Below, piece by piece: positions 52,043-64,000 of a stretch of 64,000 bases of DNA (positions are counted from its first letter, which is position 1; each line of letters begins with the position of its first letter). Source of the stretch: Octopus vulgaris (taxonomy: Eukaryota); NCBI GenBank assembly GCA_951406725.2, contig OX597831.1, forward strand, positions 66,836,001 to 66,900,000. The letters run 5' to 3'. The notes below the pieces were generated by a model. It saw nothing but the letters and a program-made list of their open reading frames with translations, was not told the DNA's origin and made no database searches. Both the position numbers and the translations under genes were made by a program.

Positions 52043-55000
52043 CTAAAAATGGAAAATAAGACACTTAGGACAGAGTTTTCCTTTATTTTTATACTTGCTT
52101 TTACCCCCTTTTCAAATGTATTTTGGCCACAGAGGGCAACAGAATGCTATTAAACCAGACAGAGCACTTGTAAGGCATCATTTAAGATGTTTGCTGGAGC
52201 ATATCTCCTTCAGCAAACTACCTACAACACAATGTCAGTAACACTTTTGGTGTTAAAGGTTGGTGCAGTTAAATGCAAGATATGAATGACTAACAATGTA
52301 ACAAGAGACTTGATAAAAGGAAGTATATCTTTAATAGTAAAATTTCATCATCATAGAGATTAGAGAAATTGAAATATGAGTGCACATACTTTTACTCCAA
52401 TCAATTTATGATATTTATTGACAGTGAATTTACATCTCCAGGAGTTAGTTCAAAGAGAACCTGCTAATCTGAGATTAACAGCAACAGAACACCTTGCTGG
52501 AATTCTTGTTGCATTTTGCACATCTTCCAGAACGTACAAGGAGTGTATTTGTGATGAGAAGGATCCAGGTACTCAGATGTAGAGTTCTTATAGAGCCAAT
52601 AAAAACACAACCACAGAGACAATTCAGTAAGTAGGCAGCATTTGTTACAAAGCTAAGTGGATTATAGCAGAATGGCTGCATTCACTCTCTGCTTGAACAG
52701 GATTAAGGTTACTCACTTTTGTTGGTTGTTGTTGGGTCTACTTTGACTAATACTTCAATTAATAAGTGTGCATCATAAGTTAATTTATTTTAACAGGGAG
52801 GTTGAACCAATTCACCACCTGTTTACAACAGCAGATATAATTCTTGCCATTCTACCAGTTTTTGCTCACAGATAGGCTGTGAACATACTGCAAGACTGAA
52901 ATTTAAGGATATTTAAGGACCATTACAAGTCCTTTTGCCATGTGAGTGTAATGTGGCCAACAAATTATATTATTCAGAAAAGTGTACATGAAATCAATAA
53001 AAAAAAATTTTTTTTTTCAACAGTATAATTTTTTCAGAAACTTCATACTGAATAAGAAAAAAATAGTAATCTTAATATTAGATGAAAGATACCACTAAGT
53101 GAAGAACCTTAGACTTCAGTATTAAAATGTGAATTCCAGGTAACTACAATTCTAGATGGGAAGGATTGAATAACGTGTTCTATACAGTGTTTCAAAGTAA
53201 TGATACAAGAAAGGGTGGATGCAATGGAAGGATTTGGTGAGATGTGGTATGCAGTTTGTAAGATGTGTTAGTTGTAATTGTACTAGAAAAGACAAAAAAA
53301 AAACCCAGCACATCTGTAAGCTTGTAGTTGTAGTATGTTGGTGACATTGTCAATCAGCTACAGGTCCTATTTTTGACGATACAGTCTAGGTAATACAACA
53401 TTGTCCCAGATATGTAAACAATAGTATTTGAATGTCAGCTGCACTTTATAGGTAGTGTTTTCAGGACCTGAAGAGAAAGTTTTAGTTTTTGATATGCAGT
53501 TGGCATTATTTCACATGTGGATATCATCATGAGAAGTCTTCATGGATTGTGAAGTCTGTGTGTTCTTGATACATAGAGTGTTGTAACAACAAGAAAATTA
53601 GCTAGAGACGCTCATATCAAATACAGTTGCATACTTTTGGATACTATAATTGTTAGATACTATAATTGCTATTATAGACAATAATCTTGCTGTCACCAAA
53701 GACCTCCAGGAATAAAGGCTACAGACGCTGAACAAAGAATAGTTCTCAAGCAATAACGGCAAAGAACATCTGTAATATGCTAGAACAGCACAGTTCATTG
53801 CAACTATATGTCAAAGCCTTGACACTTACTAAACACACAAAAGGAATTCTAAGGGGACAAAATAATCACACAATGTTCAACTTGATTATTTACCTGATTT
53901 ATATGAATAGACAAAACAACAAAGAATGCAATATTATCTCAGTGCACGTCCACATGACCAACCACAAAAGATCCCAGACTAAACACTGAAAGTTAGAATG
54001 TAGGACCAATAAGTCGTTAAACTGGTTTTTATGTGGTTATAAACTTGAATTTTCAGCAGTTACTCTCTACACTTATCTTAGCTTACATAGGAGTTTCAAC
54101 TTACAAATTGTATGATCTAAGTGGTTCTTTAAATTCATTGATTGTAAGACTCTAGGACAGACTAAATCAACAGGCTATATGGGCTGGTTCCCCTCTTTGT
54201 CTTTCTTCAACTTGCTATGAGTTCCACAGATGAAAGATACACTTAGGATTCCCCCCCAAAAGACGGAGAGAATGATGACTATACTATTGCATGGAGTAGA
54301 ACCACAGACTCTGTACTGTAGCCAGATAAAACAATTAAATAGTTTCTGTCTTTGATCAAGTGGTCAGATATGATCCTCAATGTAAACTCAGCGGCATGCA
54401 GGTATTACTAACGAGATGACGATTTCACTGGAGTGGTCATATGGTTCAGGTGCAAAACATTTGCATTCCCAAAGCAGCTTGCTACTGGTAAATGTTTTGT
54501 TGGAGGACTACTAAAATGTCATAGATACTCTCTAAAGGGAAATCTGAAGATGTATCATATGAACAAAAATGTGACTTACTTCACAGCTTCAGTGGCTGTT
54601 CATGATAGATGGAGAACTCTTTGCCTTATGAGCATTGAACACAGTGAGTAGACATAGTGAAGGCCTTTGTTAAGAATAAGGGAAGGGGAGATAACTGAAA
54701 GATTTAAATTGATTGAATTGCCCTTTAACTTTCATTTTATATTATACTATGGTACTTATTTATCATATCAAAATTACTTTGCAGATAACTGACATCTAAA
54801 AAAGATAATAAATATGAGTGTGTGTGTGTGTGTTTGTGCATTGGTAGAAATCACAGCAGTTTATTCTAGCAGAAAAAATACCTGGAGGGTGGTGATTCTT
54901 CCATCAAATATAATAGTTTTAGCACTATTTTAGTTTTACCATGATGGATAAGTATTTTGGGGTACAGTGGATCACCAATTATCTTTTTTTTCTATGCACT

Positions 55001-55178
55001 TCAACATTCTAAGACCAGCCTTTACACACACACACACACACACGTATATATTAGATAATAAAACGAATGGTTTATACCTGGTAGCTTACTAGCTTACATG
55101 GTTTATACCATGGTCACTTTCATAGTGTTCATTACGTGTTTGGTTAATGAGAGATGGAAGATAAAAGAGTTTTTATTA

Positions 55179-55282
55179 ATCACTACAATTGTTTCGACTC
55201 ATCTAGCACTGATCCCTCGGGTGGAATACTTAAAAACTGCTTCAGGAGTATCTGACAGTGCAGATGTGTCTCTTCAGGTGAT
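55179..55282 (-). ncRNA. Type-I hammerhead ribozyme with intact core and extended stem II
   Basis: atcac-CTGAAGA-gacacatctgcactg...cagtgctagatgagtc-GAAA-caatt-GTA-gtgat; predicted cleavage between 55184 and 55183. Confidence 0.85.
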
Positions 55283-55961
55283 AAACAGATACAACTTGTT
55301 AAAATAACAGCTTCGCAATGTATTTTCTCGATTCTTGTGAAGAAAAGTAGCAAATTAAAGGATATAGCTTCATTTATATTGAGGATCAATAATAGAATAA
55401 CAGATGAAAAAAAAGAAACCAACATGCAATACAACGAAAAAAAAATTAAATATAACCGTTAACGTAACTTGTATGATGCATGTACACTTGTTCATACAAA
55501 CAGCCACAAAGATGTAAACATATGTGCATGTGTGGTTTGATGCACTTACGAATGGAGAGGTTAAAGCTAAATTTAATTCATCCATACCTTAAGGAGGGAT
55601 TACATTAACAGCTACTCATATTCATTCCCACTGCATTGTGTGAAAGTGCATTTATATGCATGTTAGCATCTTGAAAGTCTTTCACAAATTCTATAAATGA
55701 TCTTGTCAGTGGTCCACGGAATAGACAAGGATTCCTTGGAGAAGAGCTGGCATCTCTTGGAAAAGATATTATATGGTTTTGCATACCTAACTATAGACCA
55801 AATTAAGTTATATTTAATTTCATCTTCCTTAAGTCACCACACAAAATCAGCCAAAGATGTTGAATGCCTCTTATTGATTTTCTTGCAGCTGGAAACATGG
55901 TTGCGATAACGATTCTTGAGTGAATCAGCTGTTGCCCCAATGTAAACATACAACCCACCCC

Positions 55962-57193
55962 TTGTGTGCACAGTACATTTATATACAAGATTTGTACTCA
56001 TACAGAGGTTCATCAATGGGTACTTTGATGATACTTATTTGTATATATGGCAGTTCTGACGTCATTTTCCTATGTTGTTGCTGTGTTAGCTATATAACAA
56101 TCATTTCTACTATCATTGTGTGCACAGTACATTTATATACAAGATTTGTACTCATACAGAGGTTCATCAATGGGTACTTTGATGATACTTATTTGTATAT
56201 ATGGCAGTTCTGACATCATTTTCCTATGTTGTTGCTGTGTTAGCTATATAACAATCATTTCTACTATCATTGTGTGCACAGTACATTTATATACAAGATT
56301 TGTACTCATACAGAGGTTCATCAATGGGTACTTTGATGATACTTATTTGTATATATGGCAGTTCTGACATCATTTTCCTATGTTGTTGCTGTGTTAGCTA
56401 TATAACAATCATTTCTACTATCATTGTGTGCACAGTACATTTATATACAAGATTTGTACTCATACAGAGGTTCATCAATGGGTACTTTGATGATACTTAT
56501 TTGTATATATGGCAGTTCTGACATCATTTTCCTATGTTGTTGCTGTGTTAGCTATATAACAATCATTTCTACTATCATTGTGTGCACAGTACATTTATAT
56601 ACAAGATTTGTACTCTTACAGAGGTTCATCAATGGGTACTTTGATGATACTTATTTGTATATATGGCAGTTCTGACATCATTTTCCTATGTTGTTGCTGT
56701 GTTAGCTATATAACAATCATTTCTACTATCATTGTGTGCACAGTACATTTATATACAAGATTTGTACTCTTACAGAGGTTCATCAATGGGTACTTTGATG
56801 ATACTTATTTGTATATATGGCAGTTCTGACATCATTTTCCTATGTTGTTGCTGTGTTAGCTATATAACAATCATTTCTACTATCATTGTGTGCACAGTAC
56901 ATTTATATACAAGATTTGTACTCATACAGAGGTTCATCAATGGGTACTTTGATGATACTTATTTGTATATATGGCAGTTCTGACATCATTTTCCTATGTT
57001 GTTGCTGTGTTAGCTATATAACAATCATTTCTACTATCATTGTGTGCACAGTACATTTATATACAAGATTTGTACTCTTACAGAGGTTCATCAATGGGTA
57101 CTTCGATGATACTTATTTGTATATATGGCAGTTCTGACATCATTTTCCTATGTTGTTGCTGTGTTAGCTATATAACAATCATTTCTGCTATCA
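55962..57193. repeat. Tandem array, 8 x 154 bp
   Basis: Units start at 55962, 56116, 56270, 56424, 56578, 56732, 56886 and 57040; only a few substitutions. Confidence 0.97.
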
Positions 57194-57532
57194 TGATTTG
57201 GATGTATCTGGTGCTTTTCATTGTGGTTTACATCTTTGTTGGCACTTTGATGCATATGTTTGCTAGTTCCAGAAGGTGGGTTATTGAGCTGTTGTTCCAT
57301 TTTGCTATTGTTTACGCAGTGCATATGCTGCTCCAAATAAAGTTAGCATAAAATACCTTCACGGTGCATCTATTAAAAAATAGCATTGTACCTGTTAGAT
57401 TTAGAGAAAAACATTTGTCTAAAGCAGCAAAAAATTTCCTAGCAATCTTGCTTGAAACATGTGAACCGAAGGTTGGGTTGTACCAGAGGACATCATGATT
57501 CCTATATCTGTTGTTTGACTTACTTGTTTTAA

Positions 57533-58443
57533 TGTTCTGGGTTCAGTCCCACTGCGTGGCACCTTGGGCAAGTGTCTTCCACTATAGCCTCGGGCCGACC
57601 AAAGCCTTGTGAGTGGATTTGGTAGACGGAAACTGAAAGAAGCTCGTCGTATATATGTATATATATGCGTGTGTGTTTGTGTGTCTGTGTTTGTCCCCTA
57701 GCATTGCTTGACAACCGATGCTGGTGTGTTTATGTCCCCATCACTTAGCGGTTCGGCCGCAGTCAAATGACTGAAACAAGTAAAAGAGTAAAGAGAGTTC
57801 ATTATGTATTTGGTTAATGAGAGATGGAAGATACAAGAGTTTTTATTAACCAAATATATATATAGGAGTGGCTGTGTGGTAAGTAGCTTGCTTACAAACC
57901 ACATGGTTCCAGGTTCAGTCCCACTGCATGGCACCTTGGGCAAGTGTCTTCTACTATAGCCTTGGGCTGACCAAAGCTTTGTGAGTGGATTTGGTAGACG
58001 AAAACTGAAAGAAGCCTGTCATATATATGTATATATGTGTGTGTGTGTGTGTGATGTGTGTGTGTGTGATGTGTGTGTGTCTGTGTTTGTCCCCCCCAAC
58101 ATCGCTTGACAACCGATGCTGGTGTGTTTACGTCCCCATAAGTTAGCGGTTCGGTAAAAGAAACTGATAGAATAAGTACTAGGCTTACAAAGAATAAGTC
58201 CTGGGGTCGATTTGCTTGATTAAAGGCGTTGCTTCAGCATGGCCACAGTTAAATGACTGAAACAAGTAAAGAGAGAGTATAGGTGTAGGAGTGGCTGTGT
58301 GGTAAGTAACTTGTTTACCAACCACATTGTTCTGGGTTCAGTCCCACTGTGTGGTACCTTGGGCAAGTGTCTTCTGCAATAGCCTCAGGCTGACCAAAGC
58401 CTTGTGAGTGGATTTGGTAGACGGAAACTGAAAGAAGCCCATC

Positions 58444-58490
<47 letters not shown>

Positions 58491-59048
58491 GGTATGCATG
58501 TGTGTGTAATGTTTGTGTCTCTGTGTTTGTCCACCCACTATCGCTTGACAGCCAATGGTGGTGTGTTTATGCCCCCATAACTTAGCGGTTCACAGGGTTC
58601 ATTATGTATTTGGTTAATGAGAGATGGAAGATACAAAAGTTTTTATTAACCAAATATATATATAGGTGCAAGAGTGGCTGTGTGGTAAAAAGCTTGCACG
58701 CTCCTGGGTTCAGTCCCACAGCGTGGCACCTAAGGTGTCTTCTACTATAGCCTTGGGCCAACCAAAGACTTGTGAGTGGATTTGGTAGATGGAAACTGAA
58801 AGAAGCCTGTTGTACACATACATATATATATGTGTGTGTGTATATGTTTGTGCCTCTGTGTTTGTTCCCCCACCATTGCTTGACAGCCGATGCTGGTGTG
58901 TTTATGTCCCTGTAACTTAGCGGTTCGGTAAAAGAGGCCAATAGAATAAGTACTAGGCTTACAAAGAATAAGTCCTGGAGTCGATCTGTTCAACTAAAGG
59001 TGGTGCTCCAGCATGGCTGCAGTCAAATGACTGAAACAAATAAAAGAA
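57533..59048 (+). mobile_element. Cluster of four SINE family A copies with two interspersed pLTR-tail fragments (57797-57851, 58596-58651)
   Basis: gttcattatgtatttggttaatgagagatggaagata matches 55127-55180. Confidence 0.85.
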
Positions 59049-59264
59049 CATAGGTAAAAGTTCAAGGTGTAGCAAGTTAGAAAGCTACGAGCAGATGGTA
59101 TAAAAAACAGTAGTGGTTTATTGATGTAGAAGGTTGTAAATTTTCCTCATATCGAAGATCTATGAGCTGAAAAAATTGTTTTATAGCTTATGGTTAGCAG
59201 TTGGGGTTGCTGTGTAAAAGAATAAAAATACATTCCTTAATTTTGGAGATATATATATATATAT

Positions 59265-60455
59265 CCATCCCTTGCTATTTCGCGGTTCAACTATCATGGA
59301 TTCACGACTTCGTGGATTTTTAGAATATATATAAACATGAAAACCTAAAATTTGTCATTAAATCCATTAAAATCATCATCATCATCGTTTAACGTCCGTT
59401 CTCCATGCTTGCATGGGTTGGATGGTTTGGCCGGGGATCTGAGAAGCCAGATGGCTGCACCAGGCTCCAGTCTGATTTGGCAGTATTTCTACAGCTGGAT
59501 GCCCTTCCTAACGCCAACCACTCCGTGAGTGTAGTGGGTGCTTTTTACGTGCCGCCTACACAGGTGCCAGGCGAGGCTGGCAACGGCCACAATCGGATTG
59601 ATGCATTTTACGTGCCACCGGCACGGAAGCCAGTCAAGGTGGCGCTGGCATCAGCCACGTTTGGATGGCGCTTTTTACGTGCCACCGGCACAGGGATCAC
59701 AACTGCAGTTTCCAATGATTTTGATCTTGGTGTACTTGACTCAATGGATCTCCTCAAGCACAGGGTCGAAATGGTGTTTCTTCACATGCCACCTGCACAG
59801 GAGTCAGTCCAGCGGTCCTGGCAACTGCCGGGTGCCAGTCATAGGATTGGTTCAATTTCGAACCAATCCTTAATAATAAATATTATTTCCTAGTCTAGGA
59901 ACAACAAAACAAGCGTAAAATAGCAAAACAGCATATACAGGGGTATTTGAACTCAAGACGGGCTGTGATTGGTGCAATGGAAAGAGACGACGAATCACAG
60001 CTTTCTATTTTGTAATCTATCCTATGATTGGTGCTCTGACCGATGCTCAGATCTGCAGCATCTTCACTTGTCACTCTCTCACGGCCATTTCGCTTCAAGC
60101 TTTCTCGCTGAGTGGTTTATTGCACTACTTTACGCTGTGTTGTGTGTGATTTTTTTTTGGCTTCTTTGCATTAAACTTTGCGTTTTCATCCCCTGCAATG
60201 GCACCCAAGCTTCTTTTGTGTTGAGTACAGTAACAATCTTTATTTTTTTAAAAATCTAGAGTGTTATTGCTTAATAGTTGTCTTCGTTATTAATAGACTA
60301 CTGTAATGGGTGGGTTGTTCACATTGCAGGGAGGGTTTTATAAGTCCAAATACACATTGAATAAATACTGTAAATGTGGTGTCCCTACTTCGTGGAAATT
60401 CTGTTATCGAGGCCGGTCTTGGAACCAATCTACCGCGATAAACAAGGGATCACTG
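59265..60455. mobile_element. Tigger/pogo-like non-autonomous element with family D insertion (59373-59860)
   Basis: TIRs atcccttgctatttcgcggt / accgcgataaacaagggatcactg within TA runs. Confidence 0.65.
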
Positions 60456-60469
60456 TGTATATATATATA

Positions 60470-60660
60470 TAGGGAAAGTTTACGATAAAAACAAAAGACG
60501 AAGATGGGTGGTGTACAAAAGAAACAGATGTATTAGTATAATGCTCAGGAATAGAAAAAGTCTTTTACGTTTCGGGTCTACGCTCTTCTACAGAAAAAAC
60601 AAGGAGAGAAAAAAAGGAGACAAAAAAATGTGTGTGGTGGCTAACGATCTATCATGGCTA
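60470..60660 (-). mobile_element. Third copy of the hammerhead-bearing pLTR-like repeat
   Basis: Matches 39290-39470; motif at 60562-60597 with degraded stem II. Confidence 0.65.
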
Positions 60661-61024
60661 GTTGCAATTTAAAACCAAAAGGCACAATTACAATTGTCAC
60701 TAAAGTGACTAAGAGTGCAAGTCAGCACCGGCATTGCTAGAAATAAGAGTCAAAACAACTCTTGGCAATGGGCAAAGCTCTTATCTATTGACGCCGAGTG
60801 AGACAACCTCTCTACAGCAAGCGAGAGCATCAGATCATCGATGATTTCAGACAGAATTAATCCTCATTAACTTACTCTGTTGCCTAGGGTTAAGCTAAAC
60901 TCATTTTGTCAGTTTATAAAAAAATACCATAGGAATCAGTGGCAGGTTCAATAAAATGGTAAAGTGAAAACTATAAATGATTAATGTGGCAAGTTGCAAT
61001 GTGTGTGTGTAAATAAATACAGGC

Positions 61025-62235
61025 ATTCATCATCATAATTTAATGTCATTTTTTCCATGCTGGCATGGGTCGGACGGTTTGAATGAATTCTGGTAAGCCA
61101 TGGAGCTGCACCAGGTTCCCATCTAATTTGGCAAGGTTTCTACTGCTGGATGCCCTTCCTAATGCCAGCAACTCCAAGAGTGTAGTGGGTGTTTTTATAT
61201 GCCACTAGCACAAGTGCTATTGATCTCACACCAACATCGACCACGACTATGGTCTCATGTGGCTTGATAAGCCTACATAATCACGGTATATTGCCAAAGT
61301 TCTTGGTCACCTGTCACTACCTCCATGAGGCCCAATGCTCAAACGGTGATTTTTACATGCCACTGGTATGGGTGCCAGTCAGACGGTACTGGCATAAGAC
61401 AATGAGCTAGCAGAAACGTTAGCACACTGGGCGAAATGCTTAGCGGTATTTCATCTGCCGTTACGTTCTGAGTTCAAATTCCGCCGAGGTCGACTTTGCT
61501 TTTCATCCTTTCGGGGTCGATAAATTAAGTACCAGTTACGCACTGGGGTCGATATAATCGACTTAATCCGTTTGTCTGACCTTCTCTGTGTTTAGCCCCT
61601 TGTGGGTAGTAAAGAAATAGGCACTGGCATCAGCCATGACTATGATTTCACTTGGCCCAACAGGTTTTCACAAGCACAGCATATCCCCCAACAATTGAAG
61701 GGTGCTTTTAATGGGTTTAGTTATGCAACACTAGCATTGGCCATGACTACAATCTCACTTGGCATGATGGGTCTTCTCAAGCATGACATATTGCCAAAGG
61801 TCTCGGTTGCTTGTCATTGCCTCCATGAAGCCCAACATTCAGAGTTATGCTTCACAACCTTGTCTCATGTCTTCCTGGATCTACCTCTTCCACAAGTTTC
61901 CTCCACCATTAGAGTGTGACACTTCTTCACAGATGTCCTTGTCTATATGCATCGCATGACCCAAGCAGCGCAGTCATCTCTCTTGCATATTACATCTGAT
62001 GCCTCTTATGCCCAACTATTCTCTCGGGCTGCTAACACTCTGTTGTGCATGCACAGTGACATTACACATCCTGCAAAGCATACTAGCTTCATTTCTTTCA
62101 TGCCTATGCATGTCCTTGGCTGTCACAGCCCATGTTTCACTGCCATGTAGCATGGATGTTCACACACAGGCATCATATAGTCTGCCTTTCACTCTGAGTG
62201 AGAGGCCCTTTGTTACCAGCAGAGGTAGGAGCTCT
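61025..62235 (-). mobile_element. RTE LINE 3' remnant with SINE family B insertion (61404-61621)
   Basis: Similar to 280-610 (GRGRSRKT-like C-terminal motif) and to the family D tail. Confidence 0.7.
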
Positions 62236-62320
62236 CATATACATATATGCATTCATATAAATATAGTATACACATGTATATTCATATAATACATAGTAAT
62301 ATGCGTGTATGTATATATAT

Positions 62321-62703
62321 ATACTCTTTACTCTTTTACTTGTTTCAGTCATTTGACTGTGGCCATGCTGGAGCACCACCTTTAGTCGAGCAAATCAACC
62401 CCAGGACTTTGTAAGCCTAGTACTTATTCTATCGGTCTTTGCCGGGCCGCTAAGTTATGGGGACGTAAACACACCAGCATCGGTTGTCAAGCGATGTTGG
62501 GGGGACAAACACAGACACACAAACACACACATATATATACATACATATGCATACATACAACGGGCTTCTTTCAGTTTCCATCTACCAAATCCACTCACAA
62601 GGCTTTGGTCGGCCCGAGGCTATAGTAGAAGACACTTGCCCAAAGTGCCACACAGTGGGATTGAACCCGGAACCATGTGGTTGGTAAGCAAGCTACTTAC
62701 CAC
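62321..62703 (-). mobile_element. SINE family A
   Basis: Reverse-complement match. Confidence 0.88.
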
Positions 62704-63366
62704 CATTGTCATTTAATGTCCATCTTCCAGGAGCCAGCCAGGTAGAAAATCTACCCTAGGCTACTGTGTCTGTTTTGGCAGGGATTTTACGGCTGGATTC
62801 CCTCCCTAACACCAGTCACTCTAAGTGGACTCAGTGCTTTTTATGTGACACTAGCACAGGTGAGGTTAGTTTTAGCATGATTTTTACAACTGGATGCTTT
62901 CCAAATGTGAACCACATTACAGTGTGGACTGGATGCTTTTAACATGGCACCAGCACTGGCAGGGTAACCAAATAACTCACAAGACAAGGAATTATGAGAG
63001 GGACAGGGCATTAAATAAAAACAGATGAATGAGTTATCTGGTACATTGCTACAATTATTTTATTAAGAGTCTTTATTGTGACATAAACATGGTACAGTCA
63101 GGCATAGTATGCAGAATATCCACAAAAAATATGTAACATGTTATGCAACTCACAACTCATCAGGTTTACCAAATATACAAGCGAGCAGGGACATGCTGAT
63201 GAATCAACAAGCGAAATTTCAGATCAGAATTACCAGCATTTAAAAAATGCAAAGTGGGTGGGACTATAATCAGTCAATCAAGAGGATGGATAGCAGAATA
63301 AGGGTGTAAATAATAGAATAGTTTAAAAGCATATCCTATCCAAAGATGTCACTAAACTAAGTTTAT

Positions 63367-63660
63367 ATCATCATCATCATCATCATCATCGTTTAGTGTC
63401 CGCTTTCCATGCTAGCATGGGTTGGACGGTTCAACTGGGGTCTGGGAAGCCAGAAGGCTGCACCAGGCCCAGTCTGATCTGGCAATGTTTCTACGGCTGG
63501 ATGCCCTTCCTAACGCCAACCACTTCGTGAGTGTAGTAGGTGCTTTTTACGTATCACCAGCACAGGTGCCAGACGAGGCTGGCAAACGGCCACGATCGGA
63601 TGGTTCTCTTACGTACCACCAGCACTGGTATCACAGCTGCAATTTCCATTGATGTTGATC
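63367..63660 (-). mobile_element. Family D element
   Basis: (cat)n start on +; matches 31698. Confidence 0.8.
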
Positions 63661-64000
63661 GATTTCGATTACCATTCATAAAAACTGGTACTGGCAAAGC
63701 AGGCTTATATACCAGCAGATAGCAGGCACCAAGCATGACATTTGACCCTATCAAAACATTTTGAAGTCATTTTGTAAATATAATTATAAGCTTCCACCAT
63801 ATACTGACGATAGAAAATGGTTAAATATTAGAGTATTAAACCCCGTTAAAAAAAAAAAGAAAAGGCATTAATGCCTATTTTTTCTGTCTGGTTTTATATG
63901 CATTAATGCCCATTTTTTTCTATTGGACTTTATAAGCCCTAATATTAAACTATTTTCTATCATCAATATACAGTGGGTGCTTATAATTATATTTACAAAA

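Larger units (their letters stand above)
55127..57530 (-). mobile_element. Penelope-like element 3' part (RT C-terminus, GIY-YIG, pLTR)
   Basis: RYRNHDVLWYNPTFGSHVSSKIARKFFAALDKCF..FFNRCTVKV; NLVYKCTVHTRGGLYVYIGATADSLKNRYRNHVSS..TSLADFVW; hammerhead in the 3' terminal region. Confidence 0.88.

Noticed and set aside
55962-57193. CRISPR-like array or repeated Cys-rich 83-aa ORFs
   Set aside because: No unique spacers; the + strand ORFs are antisense readings of a tandemly amplified Penelope segment.
52043-64000. CHMP3 first coding exon
   Set aside because: No MGLFG-like exon with a donor site was found; it probably lies beyond the window.

Overview
AT-rich, repeat-dense eukaryotic DNA; the SINE repertoire suggests a cephalopod, probably Octopus (inference). 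Two spliced genes converge. On +, the last three coding exons of an SV2-like MFS transporter (4034-11881). On -, coding exons 2-6 of CHMP3/VPS24 (52042-18537); exon 1 was not found and probably lies beyond the window. The rest is mostly introns and intergenic DNA filled with tRNA- and RTE-derived SINEs, a full-length dead mariner, Tc1 remnants, TTAA MITEs, Helitron-like elements, a Gypsy gag-protease remnant, RTE/CR1 fragments and Penelope-like (GIY-YIG) relics. The main unexplained signal is at least four unrelated families of minimal type-I hammerhead ribozyme motifs. These are: an intact one with a roughly 75-nt branched stem II, sense to CHMP3 intron 1; a tRNA-headed (Pol III) element carrying a hammerhead, possibly a Penelope-mobilised SINE; a three-copy family with a shared CUGUAGA core variant; and a decayed fourth. 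Also present are an 8x154-bp array derived from a Penelope ORF and a 1.9-kb inversion with a 314-bp inverted duplication that splits a SINE. All coordinates and folds were read by eye, and repeat boundaries are approximate.
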